A stretch of 64,000 nucleotides of DNA from Podarcis pityusensis (Eukaryota), in assembly GCA_964106645.2 (NCBI GenBank), contig OZ067038.1. One strand, given 5' to 3'. The position numbers were made by a program, and so were the translations under genes. Shown in pieces: positions 37,585 to 51,962 of the stretch. The notes beneath the pieces were generated by a model that was not told where the DNA came from, searched no databases, and was given only the letters and a program-made list of their open reading frames with translations. The first letter of the stretch is position 1, and every line of letters starts with the position of its first letter.

Positions 37585-39171
37585 AAGATTTACAATCCAG
37601 CTGTGTGTCTAGTTGTCTCTCTCTTCTTTGGATTGTGTAGCTCATCCCTGGATCTGGAACATGGAGCTCTTCTGCATCCCCCTTCTAGGCACTGAAATAC
37701 AGCTGCTGTATAGCAGCACCGTTGGTGCAAGTGTGGATCTATCACAACAAAAAAATACATCTCCTTTATATTTTTTGAGCTTTTCATTTTTCAAAACATC
37801 ACCAGCCATGTCTCCCCTGCTCATTACCTCCCTCGTTGTAAGATAGATTAGGTTGATAGGTGGCAACCGGCCTAAGGCTACCTAATGAGTTTTGTGGCTG
37901 CGTGAAAATTGAAACTGGAATCACTAATTCATACAGCAAAGGAAATTCTCTCTCTTAGCCTTTATTGCTATAAGACACCTATCTTGTGAAACAGGTGAAG
38001 AAAGCCCACCCTGAATTTATCGTGGGAATGAGGCATCTTTAGCCTACCTTGATGGCCTTTTCTCTACTCTTGCCCCATTCTGATCTAGACCATTTGAAGT
38101 AGTCAGGGGAGGAGGTGATGGTATGGAAAGATTTTGCTTTAGGGCAACAAGAGGGTCTGCTGTTGAATGTTGATGCTCTACGCCCAGTGATTGTGACCCT
38201 ATTTTTAAAGCATTTGGCAGCGGTACTCCCTGAGATCTTAACCGTCTTCAGTCACAACATGAAATACAAGGCTAAAAACATACAGAACCCAAGACTGCAA
38301 TGATTACAACAGCAAAATGCTAATACTGTAATACAGCTTTTGTTACACAATATGGCTTGCAATACTGTTAATGTTGCTATCATGAAAATTGCTGTTTGCA
38401 GTCTTTACTGCAGGTGTCAGGGCTGGAGTCTGGTGCAGGCCAGAAGAAGCAGAACCAGTTGTTAGTGAAGTTAACTTTACTCAAGGCAACAAACATAAAC
38501 TCAACAACACTCTGAGTAGGTTTTGCCAGGACTGATTGTCCCCACCTTCTACCCCCTCTAAGGCTCCTCTCTGCCAGATGTTTCCAAGCAGTCTCAAACT
38601 GCATCTGGGCATCTCTAATCTTTGTTCTGGCCTACGCATCACTCTGCGTGTCCTTGGAGACAAGGGGGGAGGGGAGCTTGTCACAGTAGATGTTAGCTAT
38701 TTGTGATCAAAAATAGTTGAACTTGCCCTGCTCACTAAATCCTGTTGACCCAATAGCATTCCACTCCTTGAACTCTCCTCAGTGTCCCATCACCAATCCC
38801 TGGGCTCTGAGCCTTCCTCTTCTGGGGTTTCTCTTGGTGGTTCCTCAGCTGATGCCACTGTTTGTCACCCAGCCGTTCTCTGACAACAGCAAACTTCCCG
38901 GGGGACGGGGCGTATGTTGCGGGCCCTGTGTGCATAAGCGAAAGTGGGGAACCCACTGCAGCTTCCCACCCAACAGCTGTTTAAAGGTTTGGTTGATTGG
39001 TAGCAGGGATGTTGGGTCCAGAGTGGGAAAGGGAAGCGGTGGGCAGGGAGGGAGACTGTCTTGCCCCTTCCTACCGTTTGCATGGCTGGTGCTGAAGCCA
39101 CTTTGTGGCTGGACTTCCTCTTTTCCCTCCAAGAGGACAGGTTGTTTTCACCTCCTTTTTTCTGCCTCATT

Positions 39172-39451
39172 CAGGGGTAGGCAACCTAACCCCCATAGGC
39201 CACAAGCAGCCCACGGGGGTTAACCGGCCCATGAGCCACCCCCCAAACCAAGCTGCCTGCTCGGCAAGTCCCCGTGCGCTGCGCTAAACCGGCGCAGCAC
39301 GATGTGGGGACTCGCTTCTGCGGCACCAGAAATTGCATCTGCGCAGACACCGGAAATCACACGGACGTGTGCTCAGGTGTGTGCGCAATCCAGCCCAGAG
39401 AGGGATCTCTGGAGTGAACTGGCCCAGGCGAGGTAAAACTTGCTGACCCCG
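39172..39451. mobile_element. hAT-type MITE in the intergenic region
   Basis: Starts CAGGGGTAGGCAAC, ends TTGCTGACCCCG; 8-bp TSD GCCTCATT/GTCTCATT (7/8 match). Confidence 0.7.
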
Positions 39452-42400
39452 GTCTCATTGTTGGCGTTTTTAGCACGGTTCCATTTGTGGGGGTAGCAGG
39501 ATTTGTTGGGTAGCGTGGGAGTGTCTCAGAGTGAGCTCTCTCTGGTCCACCATCTTCCAAGAAGTCCCCGTTGTTGAGTGGGAGAGTGTGGCAGCAGTGA
39601 GAGCGTCCGCACACCATTTTGGAGCCCTTGGAGTCTTTTTTTCTGGACTTTTGGCTCACTGGCGTACTCTACGGCCTCTGAGGAGAGTCTCCTTGGGGGT
39701 CACAAGGATTTTCCAGCTCTAACCCACCATTTCAGGTTAGAATTGTATTATTTATTTCACAATGCTGCATGTATGCAGTCGCATGTGACTCAATCGTGCG
39801 CAAGTAAGGGGATGACTGTATTTGCTCCTAGTAAAACTGTCCTAAAAGGCAGTTTATTTTTTAATCAATGCAGGCCACCAGTTCAGTATGTTTGGCACCA
39901 AGCTGGTGCCACATGTATTGTCCTGCTTTCCTTTGGGCCACATTAGTGAGGCAGAGAGGGGTCTTTTTGTCTGGGCAGCACAAGACCTCCATACACACTG
40001 CCAAGGCTTGTGCCCTGGGGAGGTCACTCAGTGCTGCAAATGCAGCCATTTGACTTCACCCCTGGAGGCACACTCCATTGTCCCTTGAGACAGATGGATG
40101 CCAACAGGAGAAACCACCAAGCACATTTTCCTACCTTCATTTGTCATCCAAGGCCAGTTCATACAACCGCGTAGTTGCAGGGTCACAAATAGCACAAAGC
40201 ATTCCCTTTGTAGGCTGGGCCATGTTGAACCTTGCTTTCAGAGAGATTCATTCAAGTCCCACCACCTCCAATGGAGGTTCCCCCCAAGTATGATTACAGA
40301 AGTCTTTGTTTTAGTTGTGCACTTCCAAACGAGCAACTTGTTAGGCAGTGCTGCTTGAACAGGTTGCGTCCCTCTAGCCAACTACAGCACAACTTGAAAT
40401 GAGCCAAGAGGCAGGGAGGTGGGTGCTCTTCTGTTCCAAGTTTTGTTCTACTTCACTTGAATACAGCCAGCGTAACTTGGTGCTCCAGATTACACCACAC
40501 CTGTCTAACAAGAGCCTATGAAGGGTTTTTCTCCAGCAGCTGCAGTTCATTCTCATCTACCATTGCATCTCAACTACACTGAGTGTTAGATGAGCTGGAC
40601 AGCACCATCTCTTCAACACTTGCCATTGGCTAAATTAAAAATTAAAAAGCTTTAGCTCGCCAGCTATTGACTTTGTTTTTGGTATAGAAAGTAAAGTAAA
40701 ATCAAAAGCTCCTGTCTATTTAGATTAGAGTGAATTACCCAGGTGAACATACCCACACTGAGCATATACCTAAAATGTTTCTTTCTCCAGGCAAATTAAA
40801 GGCTTTCCTAAAGGAGACAGAAGTGCTGACCCAACTCCCTAAAAAAGCAAACAATTCTCTCTTACACTTTGGGGAAAACCCTTTAGAAATTGAGTCAATT
40901 TTGTTGCTTGGTCACTTTCATGCCTGTAACAAATAACTTCTTTGTTTAAACTGCACATCTGATCTGACAAGCACAGCAAAACATGCTTCAGAGTATTTCA
41001 CAGTGGAGACATTTTTAATAAACCACCAAACACGCAGAAACCATGCTGCCGGTTTCCTCCCCCTTGGCAGTGAAAATTACCTACTCTTACCACATATTCT
41101 GCTGTCAGCATGGCAGAGGTTATTTCCATCACTTTATAATACACCTCCCCAAAGACAGTTCACATTTAATAATTCCAACTAAGCATAAGGCAAATCTTTT
41201 TATTGTAGCTCACTGTTTTGATTTCAGAGTTCTGAAAAGGGAAACAAACATTTAGAAAGATGAGGCTTCAGCTTCTGTAAGTCTTTATCTCTCCTGGTCT
41301 TATGTGAGAGTATGTAGAGTAGAAGCTGCTGCACAGAGCATCTTGATGTCCCGGTGCAAGTGCTGGAGTTTAACATATTTATAGTCGGACCACAAGTTGG
41401 TGTCCAGGTACCGAGCACAGAATACAGAGAATAAGCATACAGGAGCCCGATAAAGCTTCAGACTGTTGCAGATCCTCCTGCAGTTGTTCCCCAACCCCTT
41501 GTTAACAAAAGAATGTATTGTGGTTGCTTATAACGGCATGGCTACAAACTACGACATTTATTCTATAAATTTACTCAACATGTATTATATTACTTGTGCT
41601 GGAGCCCCTTCAAATTCTCACTTATCCGTGTGAGTGCAGCTTCTTCCATGCTTGTAGGTCTATAAATCCTTCCATCCCTTTAAAAAAGAGGTTTAGCTGT
41701 TGTGGAGGTAACGTCTGCTGAGGGTGCACAGTAAGTTTTGTAGTTGCCAGTCACCTCATCATATTTAACCATGATAGGAGAAACCGCAGAAGAAGCTGCA
41801 ATCGGAGTGGCCAGTGAACATCACTAGGGGTCAGGCACCCCAAATTCAGAATATCCTGTCTGTACAGTGCTAAGTTTTGGGCACCAATTTAAAACCACCA
41901 CCCAGGCCTTTGCCTCTATTCCCACTGCTGTGAAGTTTACTTATCTTGCTACCATTTTATATTGTTAATGCTTGCTGATGCATTACATTTTGTTTTAACT
42001 ATTTTATTAGCAATTGTAACTTGCTCTTCGTGAGTGCAATAGAAATACCATATTTCACTGCATCATTGCTGCATTTTTAATACTCTCCCCCCCAAAAAGG
42101 GGGGGTTGCAACCATTATGTAGTGAATTACGGTAATGGCTGGAAGCCGTCAAGGTGGGTGGAAGCCGTCGTGTCCCAGAGTGTGGGCAGGAGGAGACGCA
42201 GGCCTCAGCGGTTGGGTGTGAGCCAAGTTGTGGGGCGCTGGAGTTCCACGCCTGCCAAGTTTGCACAGGCCTCCGGCAGCTCTCGCGCCCAGAGGCATGA
42301 ACAGATGGAGGGACCCAGAGAGGCAAAAGCAATCTGGCACCCGGGTTGAATGCCCTTCCCAGTCAATAGCCAGCAATCAAGGCCATTGGCAGCCCAGCTC

Positions 42401-42516
42401 CACGGATCCTCCTGCTGTCAAATTATACCCTGCAACTATTATGTGGGGAAAGCACTGGAACCCACTTTAGAGCTGCAAAAATGGGGGTGAGACTATTATG
42501 AGATTAAATGTGGTAT

Positions 42517-42522
42517 TTTAAT
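42517..42522 (-). terminator. Candidate ATIC polyadenylation signal (ATTAAA)
   Basis: TTTAAT on + strand about 350 nt past the ATIC stop; no transcript support available. Confidence 0.3.
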
Positions 42523-42871
42523 ATCAAAGTACAATGATTATCTGCTTCCCATACATACAATGCCCAGCTGATTATCTGCATACTGCAAAAGCCAATAAAA
42601 CCAATGTCCACGCCTTGAATGCATAAAGAATTTGACTTCAGACACATTAGTGACAAACACTTTTGTCCATTAATTTTTCAAGAAATGCATCAGAGGCTAG
42701 CTACTTTAGTTTTCTCAAAGCAATTGGTATCATATGTAGAATATAAAGTGAAATGTTCCCATGAAGACTGGCTTTTTAGAAAACAAGCAAGAACCCGTTA
42801 ATGAGGATGCTTCCACAAGCAAAGAGACAAGCAAATGAGCAAGGAGGAATGTCTGGCAACATGGGGAAGCT

Positions 42872-42991
42872 TCAGTGGTGGAAGAGACGGAGGCTGGTAT
42901 GAACTAGAGTTATTCCCAGCTCATCACAGGCTTCGATCACAACTTGGTCAGCTGCTGAACCAGAAGGGGCAGCAATGAACTGGACTCCACT
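42872..42991 (-). CDS. ATIC: ATIC terminal coding exon 16
   Basis: [39 protein letters not shown]; diagnostic RLFHH C-terminus of PurH. Confidence 0.96.
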   Translation of the reverse strand, partial: SGVQFIAAPSGSAADQVVIEACDELGITLVHTSLRLFHH

Positions 42992-43429
42992 CTGAGAGAA
43001 AAGGAGGAGGGAGACAAAAACAAATCAGCTTTGTTGAACCATTTCATTAGCTGTTGCACAATTCTGCACATATGGGGTGCCCACAAAAGCTGTCAACCAC
43101 TTTTAGGGAAGATTGTCCTAAACGGAGGTCAGAGAGGATACTAAGGGTGGTGAATCTTCTCTTTGGAAGGTGCTGAAAGATGAGAATTGCAACCTGTCCG
43201 AGTTTGAGTAAGTATCACCAGCTTTTCCTGAAATGCATGTCAGGACTAAATTTCCCTACAGCTACTCCTGCTTCCACTTTGATACCTCTTACTTGCAACC
43301 ATAACCTACAAAACAGACTTTAGGGAGCCAGCATGCAGAGCAAGAGCAGCCAACTGGACATATTCTCCTCAGGCCTGCTAGCCATTAAGAGTCACAGTCA
43401 CCCCCCCACCCCCAATTCCACAGCCTTAC

Positions 43430-43585
43430 CCGCTTTGCTCTATCCACGTTATCCCTGAAAGGGAAGAAAGCATCAGAGCTGAGCGAGACTCCGTTCAGTT
43501 TCCCAATCCATGCCTTTTGGTCTGCCTCAGTTAGCAAAGCTGGGACTTCCTCAAACAGCGCCTTCCACTTGACAAGATCTTCATC
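43430..43585 (-). CDS. ATIC: ATIC exon 15
   Basis: [52 protein letters not shown]; GT-AG ends. Confidence 0.96.
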
Positions 43586-44974
43586 CTGCAAAGGGGCATT
43601 TTAAAAATTCACCTGCTTCATTGATGGCATCTAATTCAACAATGCAGGCAAATACAGTGACAAGAATGCAAACATTTCTCTAGGTTCCCCACTGGAAGGT
43701 CACAGCCACGTAAAACACCTTGCTACAAAATTTGTACTCGGAGGTTTATTAAATTCTAAGCCCCTCTGGTTCCTTTGTTGTTTAAACTAATGCACACACG
43801 TACCCTTATAGCTTCCTGCTACAAAGCACCCTGCTCATTTCAGTCATTTGCTTTGCTTGGCCTATTTTCTGCTACTCCAGCCAGTGAGTAAACATCAAAG
43901 CACCCAAACAGACCATTTAGTACAAGGAGCCCAACACAACATTTAACAAAACAGGATTTTGGCTCACTGTCCTCTGTCTTGAGTGCCACTGATCCAGCTG
44001 CCGTTTGCCCCAAGGAAGCAATCAGACTTCTGACATGATTTGCAGAATGTCTGTTTTAACCACATCCCTGTTTGCTTTATTGCATTCAGACTTTATTGCA
44101 TTCCGAAGGAGTGTGTAGTTTACCAAGTTATGCAACGTTTGTGGAAGCCCTGAACTTGCCAGAGAAGCATTCAAGTAATTGGAATAAGAAGTCAAACACC
44201 CTTCTGCAGCTAAAGGGGGTGGGGGCAGTGTTCAAATTTGGATATTTGTTTTTAATGTTTTCGGCACAAGCTTTTCAACCAGAGAGTTGCCATTCGTGGT
44301 CCTTTTATTCCCTTAAAGATCTCTGATGAGAACTAGGCGGCAGCTCTGACTTAATTTCTTCTGGTACTTCAGATTGAAGTCTTTAGGAACCTTCCCTCTT
44401 TACGAACCAGACCTTCTCGTGGAAGCAGCTATAAAGGTACCCGGTTGGATCTTCTGAAATATCAGTTGATAAATATGATGTGATAAATATGATAACCCAG
44501 ATGTGGAAGGAAGACACTTGATACTGATCCTAGTTTAATTTGAATCTGACTCTTACCTTTCAGATGCACTTCATGATGGGAGTATTGTCTGCCTCTGAGA
44601 AATGTGGAGATGCCTGGCCTTTTTACTGAGGCTTCCAAGGATCATCTAACTTGCCGGGGGGGGGGGGGGGGCTCTACCCTAAGAAGTCTAATGCACTTGG
44701 AAAAAACTTGACTGTTTTTCATACTGTTGTTTTTTGTAATTAAGTACTATATAAAAGCAACAGAGAATTACAGCTTCAATAACTAACAGCACATAGATCC
44801 AGCCATGGCAATCACAACCAAGAGCTCCCATCCCAAGCACATGAATATGCAAGGCACATCCCTTTCTCCCTAGGCTTTGGCTATCCTACTGAATATTTGA
44901 ATAAGGCAGCCCTTGGCGCAGAGCTTTCGCAGGGTTGTAAGCATTCCAAGGTGCCTCCTATGTGAGCAGAGGTT

Positions 44975-45170
44975 GCACGTGGCCTAGTGGTCAGAGTGCC
45001 AGACTTGGGAGGCCAGAGTTCAAATCCCTGGTTCGGCCAAGAACCTCACTGGGTGACCCTGAGCCAGTCTCTGCCTCTCAGCATAACCTACCTCACAAGA
45101 TTGTTGTAGGGATTAAGTGAGGAGCAGGGGGAATCATGTAAGCCACCTTGAGCTCCCTGGAGAAAGGGGT
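44975..45170 (+). mobile_element. tRNA-derived CORE/Squam3-like SINE
   Basis: A box TGGCCTAGTGG, B box AGTTCAAATCC, CTGGGTGACCcTGaGCCAGTC core-like segment. Confidence 0.7.
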
Positions 45171-45174
45171 ATCA

Positions 45175-45432
<258 letters not shown>

Positions 45433-48087
45433 CTAGAGTTATTTGGAGGAGGGGCAAGCTTCCCTGGGCACCTTTTCCTAAGAAATTCACTCAAGGCCTC
45501 ACCAGAAAAGCCAAACCTTAAACAAACTGTGTCACCAATATGTACCAGTTTAGAAACAAGATTCCTGAACATTACACACCTGCCGGGGGTGGGGGGGGTG
45601 GGAAGCAAAATATTTGTTAAGTTAGGAAACAAGACTGCTTTTTCTTCAGTAATCTCTGCATTGAGCCAAGGAAAAGGAAGCACTCAAGTTATGAGAATTT
45701 CTAGGCATCTAGCCTGCTCTGGGAAAGCAGTTGCACTGCGTGTTCTGAGATGAGCCGTTCTCCAATGTGGGAGTCCCAAACACTGTGGAGAAAGCTGTAA
45801 TATTCTCTACTACATTGTAAGCTATCTTAATTTCCACAATCACTACAGACTTCATTGAAATGGGCAGATGGTGCAGGAGGTTAAGGCAGCCAAAGAGAGT
45901 CAATTCTGGCTGAGTGAATATGTGTCACTGGCCTAGAGAAGGCTCACTGCAGCCCTGAACCTCAGGAAAAGATTAGGGGCCCCAACCCAAAGGGGGATTA
46001 TAAAGCTCCAAGATATTTCCTTGGGATTCAGTCTTACCAGGTTCAATAGGACCACAGGCTGTGTAACCTGATGCTGTCCAGCATTATATGAACTTGTCCA
46101 CGTAAGCAAAACAACATATAGGAAAATTGTCAAAGGTTAGATTTGCAAGCAGGGAAATATACAGCTCAGGAGTAGGTAAGTTTCTAGCTGAAATTTATTC
46201 ATTACTTTAATACAATTTTGTATACTGCTTGACTGCAAAAAATCCCCCGCAAAAAAGCACATAAACCCCACCATTTTGGTTTACAAAATGCTGGAACATA
46301 TGATGATACAAGAGTAACATAGAAACTGTTGAGCTTTTTTTGAAGGGGTGGGGAGACACAACTCATAGGCCTCTAACGTTAAGGAGAAAGAAAGAGGGGG
46401 GAAGAGATAGAGAATACCAACATCCAAAACTTTTGAGTTCCAATCCCTGCTTATTACCACTTTAGTTCTACATATATTTTCAAACTTTTTTTTCACAACA
46501 ATGAGGACTAGAAAAGCGGGCGGAATCTAAATGAAATTTAGAAGGAAGACTGGATTTTTATATACTCCAGGTGCTATCCAGTCAGTTCCAGGCAGGAAGC
46601 CTGGCTGCGCAGGAGGGCAACTGCAGTCACACATTTCCACGTTCCCAAAGAGCGCAGTCTGGCTGTTCAGTATCAAGGCTGCCTCCTAAGTCCATTCAAT
46701 ATTAAAGTCATTTGCCTGAGGCACACCATCTCTTTTGGAAGTGATGGCTCGGGGCAGGGAGGATGAGGAAGCAACAGTGGATGTTGTCCGGATGGTAGTG
46801 CTGTGGTCATTAGGCCAGAGGAGCTCCAGGGGAGCTGTGGCAGCCCCACAGGTACACACAATGCTGCTGCTGCTGCTGCAAGGTCACAATTTCCCCCCTG
46901 CCCCTTATGGAGGCACTTATACTGGGCATTGCCAAAGCCAGAAATAATTAACTGGTGCAGAAAGACAACTTCTTCTGCTAAGCTAATGCCTTTCTGCTTA
47001 GTAGCAAATCCAGTTTCTTCCTATCTAAATTCTACCTGCCTGCAGGTGCTCAATCTGAAGCAGAAATAGCAGCAATCCATCAGAAAACCCATGCATGTGA
47101 AGACAACTTCTTAAGAAACTAGTCTACTTCAAACGGCTGTCCTGTAAATCCACTAATAAATGAAGAAAGCGAAACGGGGGCAATCACCCTCACGCGCAAA
47201 GTCTGGCTAACAAGCTTCTTTTAGCATCCAAAGGTTTTGTGGTCTCAGCCCTTCTAATACGCTGTTATATCTATCTAAAATGCTCCGGGAAAAGTCATTA
47301 CATAATTTATTTTACAGGTGGGCTGGAGAGCAGTTTAGCAGACTGACTGGAGAGGATACTTTTAAGAAGACAACATATGTTTTATTTTGCGTAAAGCCAA
47401 GAGCAGTGTTACACCATCCTCCCCCTCTCTACAGACCGGCACTCACCGGGAGAAATGTTAACCTAAAACCAGGTAATTACCAGTGCAATCAATAACAATT
47501 TCCCTGCTCATTTTTTCCAGGGTCCACAATTATAGAAATTACCAGTTATTATTATTCATGACTGCAATCCTATCTAGCAGCAGGGCTTAATAACGTTTAC
47601 TGAAAGAATAGCATCTGACACTCTAAACTACAATCTGGGTGCAGAAATTATGATTGTTGGGATCAGGAGTCAAGGGACCAAATTCAAATAGCCGTTCAGC
47701 CACAAAGCTAATGGGACAGTCACATCTTTTCAGCCTAAACTACCTCCTGTTGTGAGGATAAACATCCGTCAGTATGTGTGTATATGTGTGTGTTTTATGA
47801 ACCATGCATTCTGCTCTGCGCACCTTGAACTCAAGAGACAGATTAAAAATCTAAGCAAATCCAGGGAAAGGTGTAAACCTCATTCTAATGCAATGAGGAC
47901 TCAAAAGCTATGCTACAACTGTAGATTCACAACCCTGCACTAATTCAGATAATAATGCCAGTTCCATGCTTAGGCAGGGCAACTCTATGCATTTTTACTC
48001 TGAAGCAATCTCCATATGCTCAGATCGATCTTATTACTGTAGATTAAAATTCTGAATTCATTGTTAAGCCTGTATTTAAAGAGCAGT

Positions 48088-48390
48088 TGTTGTAAATAAA
48101 AATATGCCCTTTTCCCTTATGGGGTATCCAAGAGCCCATATAGAGTCCTTACATAGGTTCCTTATCGGTAGGAGAAAATAACAGAGGCCAACCAGAGAAT
48201 ATTGAGAAGCAAAGCAGCTAGGAAGCTTTGCAACAGATCAATAAAGATCAAGCTTACTAGCTGCTTTGCTTCTCAATATTCTCTGGTTGGCCTCTGTTAT
48301 TTTCTCCTACCAATAGGGAACCTATGTAAGGACTCTATATGGGCTCTTGGATACCCCATAAGGGAAAAGGGCATATTTTTATTTACAACA
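48088..48390. repeat. Long inverted repeat: 141-bp arms, 21-nt spacer, 3 mismatches
   Basis: 48088-48228 is the reverse complement of 48250-48390 except at 48162, 48166 and 48222. Confidence 0.95.
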
Positions 48391-51300
48391 CAGTAAAAGG
48401 CTTAAAAGCAGTAAAAGGCTTATTACCTCCAGTGCCACTGCAACAGGGAACTCAGAGAGCAAATAGTCTCCTAAATTAAGCGACTGACATCAGGGAGGTA
48501 GCCTATAATCTCAAATGGCCAAAACTCAAGAGTTGCTTCATCCACGTGTATTTCATTTTCAGCTCAATTATTTTTGGGGTTTGGGCCTTCATTCTGCTAT
48601 GTTAAAAACAGGTTGGGGGCACTTTCCACTCTCCTCACCCCCACCCTCTGCAATATTTTGGGACTGTGTTCCCGTTTCCGCCCAAGGAAAGGAGCACCAG
48701 GGGAGAGATGAGTTCCTTGCTGGGTCAAGAGGCCTGGCCACTGCCTCAAACTTTCCAGGCTGGTTAGGCTGCATTTCCAGATGTTAAAGCCCTAAGTCCA
48801 AGGCCAAACTGAAAGAAATGAACCATTTGCTGTCTTATTCCTACCGTGATTTCACATCTTGCCAGGATCATTTATAAAACAAAAATAAGGATTGTTCCCC
48901 AATGACAGGGAATGAAAAATCTGGACTTGTGTCCTTTTTTTAGCAGCCAATGAATAATATGCTCCTAGCTAACAAGACAGCCACTGGCATTACACAACAA
49001 TGCGCTTGTTTAATATTCCTCAGGGGCTACACAATGAATGGATTTACAGAGTCCTGCATGCTGGGCAGCTGTAATGTTGTGCCTGCTCCATTAGAAAGGT
49101 CTTTTGCCTAACATGGCTTCTCCACTGGCTTCAGGACTGCATTGAACCTCAATACAAGCTGATTTTACACATCAAACAACACTCTTCATCTTCACAACAA
49201 ACAAAATACTGCACCTCTAAGCAGGACAAGTCCTTGGTCTATGGCAGTAGCTCTCAAAGGGCAGGCCTTGCCACACGGGTGTGCCAGGAGAGGATGGAAA
49301 GTGCGGTGGGAAGATTCAAGGGCAATCAAAGAAACATTCCAACATTTCAGTGTAGCATAGTATCAACTTAAAAAATAAAATAAAATGCAGAATATGGATA
49401 TCTTTTTAAAATGAGAGTGAGAGCACTGGCTGTTTTTCTACAGTTCTCCACAACATATTGTTGTGAACAGGGATTTTGAACTCTGACAAATATGAAAGAT
49501 CAGAAAAGAGAAAGGCTTCTTTGTGTTGAAGAGATGAGTTTGTTTGTCTCAAACTACACCTAATATAAATGTGATTACTCACACTTAAGGCACAGAGGAA
49601 AGAGGCTCGTTTATAATTACATTTTGGAAATGATTCATGTTCTTATGAAGCTGGACTGTTTTATACTTTCTGGGTGTCTCATGACCATATTATATAGAAG
49701 TTGTGTTCTGTGTTATAATTCAAGCACTGCTAGGAGTTGTTTCTTTGTGTTTTCCAATGTATTTATTATCAATAAAAAATCTGATGTGGGGTGAGCTAAT
49801 TTATATTCTGAGAAAAAAGTTTGAGAACCTGGTCTGTGATGTTTGATTTGTTAATTCTTGCTCCTTCGTAGTCACTGAGTGAAAGACAAGGTGTGTGAAC
49901 TTGCTTCCCTTCCAAGCAAAGTGTGCTCTGGATCCTCTACACTCAAGGAGCCATGCGGCAGAAACCACAACTCCCTCCCAGCGCTGCTCCTTAACTGCGC
50001 TATGGCACTCCTTACAACCTCCACCTTCAGATCTGCTCCCAGGGCCAAAAAGCTTTTTTACCCCAGCATGATAGTTTCCACCAATTCCCCAAGCCACATG
50101 CAGCCCCTAGAAAATCTACCTTGCTTTGGTGGTGGCAAAAATATAGGTGGCCGTGGCAGGGGAGGGGGTGGGTCTACAGGAAATTACAAAAATCACAGCA
50201 GGGGTTTCCGTTGGATGTGAATGGAAGCAGCCCTTCTGTCCCTGGGGAAGAACAATTCAGGAGCTAAGGCCATGTGCTTCTATAACCTTTATTCCTTCAT
50301 AAGCATTCTGGGTTGCTTATTATATGCCTCTCGTCTGAGTAACTGAATTTGAGTACCGTGATTCTTAGTTAAGGGGGAAAGCAGCAAATCCTGTCAGCTC
50401 TGAAGATAAAAACTCGAGGGGCACTTAGGGCTCCCTCACGCTCCCCCTTGTCCCGTGCCTAGAAACATGGGGGTCTGAGCTGTTTCCCCCTGCCCTGCAC
50501 CTTCCCCAGGGAAAACCCTCTAGCTCTGAAACGGAGCCAGCATCAAGCCAGAGAAAACCCAAATTGCGGTTTGCTCCAATTGGCACTCAGCTGAGTCCTA
50601 AGGAGTAGACTCTTTTCCCTGGGGAACAGAGTGGGGCAAGAGGAAGTGTGGATAAGCCCTCAACATCAGGAGCTGGACAATATTGAAGCACATCCCAAGG
50701 GGGGGGGAGGAGTCATGGCACACACCCCTGAAAGTTAAGGGGCCGCCCAAGGGCTTGTTCATTCTGGGTGTGACCCTGTTCCTTTAAGATTTACGGGAGA
50801 TTTGCCACGAATTTCAATGGCTCTTGAATGGTGATAAAAGCAACTGAACATTTACACAGCCAACACTATACCAGCCAGGTACAAGGTATATCAAAAGTAC
50901 CCAATGGAGAGTTGCCATTTCAGGTCTGAATGACTTGTTTATTGCAACGAAGAATCTCAGTGTATTCTAGTTAACTCTCTTGGGATGTTTGCAGAGACTG
51001 CAACAGAATACAGCCCTCGTGTCTGTCAACTGAAATGACGGTATAAACAGTTCAATCATTTATCCGGAGAAGAAACAGAAGCAGGATTAGAATCCTAAAT
51101 TATTCCAGAGGCTCCCCCCCCCCCTTGTTTTTCAGCTCAGCCTCTGAATAGCCCCCTGAGCACATAAACAAATCACAGGATGAAGTCAACTAAGAGGCTT
51201 TTGACACAGAGAAAAAAGCTCATTATGTTGCTATAACTGCTACCATTTAAAAAGTGGGGGGGGGGGGCAGGGTAGAAGCCCAACATCCAGAGAAAAACAA

Positions 51301-51852
51301 GAACAGTTCAAAATGTACCATACACAAACAGAATCAAAATGTACACCATTTGCCCCAAGTAGCAAAGAGGAGTCTTCCTTCTGCTTGAACCTGAATGGAG
51401 TCTCTTACTTCCCCAGCATCACAGATGGTACAGTCATTATTGCAACGCTCCAACAATGGAAAATGCAGCTGCCTCTGCAAAGGCTCTGGAGGAAACATCA
51501 AGGAGGGATGCACAACACCGTTCTTGAAAGGGAGCAGCGGCAAACACGCTTTGTTCCTGGACCAGTCCTATTTATTATGCTTATGGGGAGGACATGAGCT
51601 TGAAATGACCTGTGAGACCAGCAGCAGCTACAGCCCATGAGGCTTCTCTGAAGCACTTTAATAAGATCAAAATTAAAAACTGCACCACCAGCACAGCACC
51701 AAGCTCCTCACCCTTCCTGGCAAGCAACAGTGACAAACCTGCTGGGAAGCTCCCACAATCTCCCACCTTGTAAGCTTACAGTGTTGATAAAGCACAGGAC
51801 ACATGACTGCCACCCTAGACTCCTTAGGAGAGCAGAGCAAATTGGCAAGTTA

Positions 51853-51962
51853 TAAAAAAAAGGTAAAGGACCCCTGGACGGTTAAGTTCAGTCAAAGGCG
51901 ACTATGGGGTTGCAGTGCTCATCTTGTTTTCAGGCCAAGGGAGCCGCCGTTTTGTCCACAGT
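51853..51962 (-). mobile_element. Sauria-type SINE 3' fragment
   Basis: AAAGGTAAAGGACCCCTGGACGGTTAAG is the reverse complement of an (ACCTTT)n-tailed Sauria-SINE-like end. Confidence 0.65.

Noticed and set aside
38717-40358. Cluster of overlapping ORFs in the FN1-ATIC intergenic region
   Set aside because: No recognisable protein similarity or splice-consistent structure; partly overlaps a hAT MITE; expected by chance in GC-richer DNA
42594-42599. AATAAA near the ATIC 3' end
   Set aside because: It is on the + strand, the wrong orientation for ATIC
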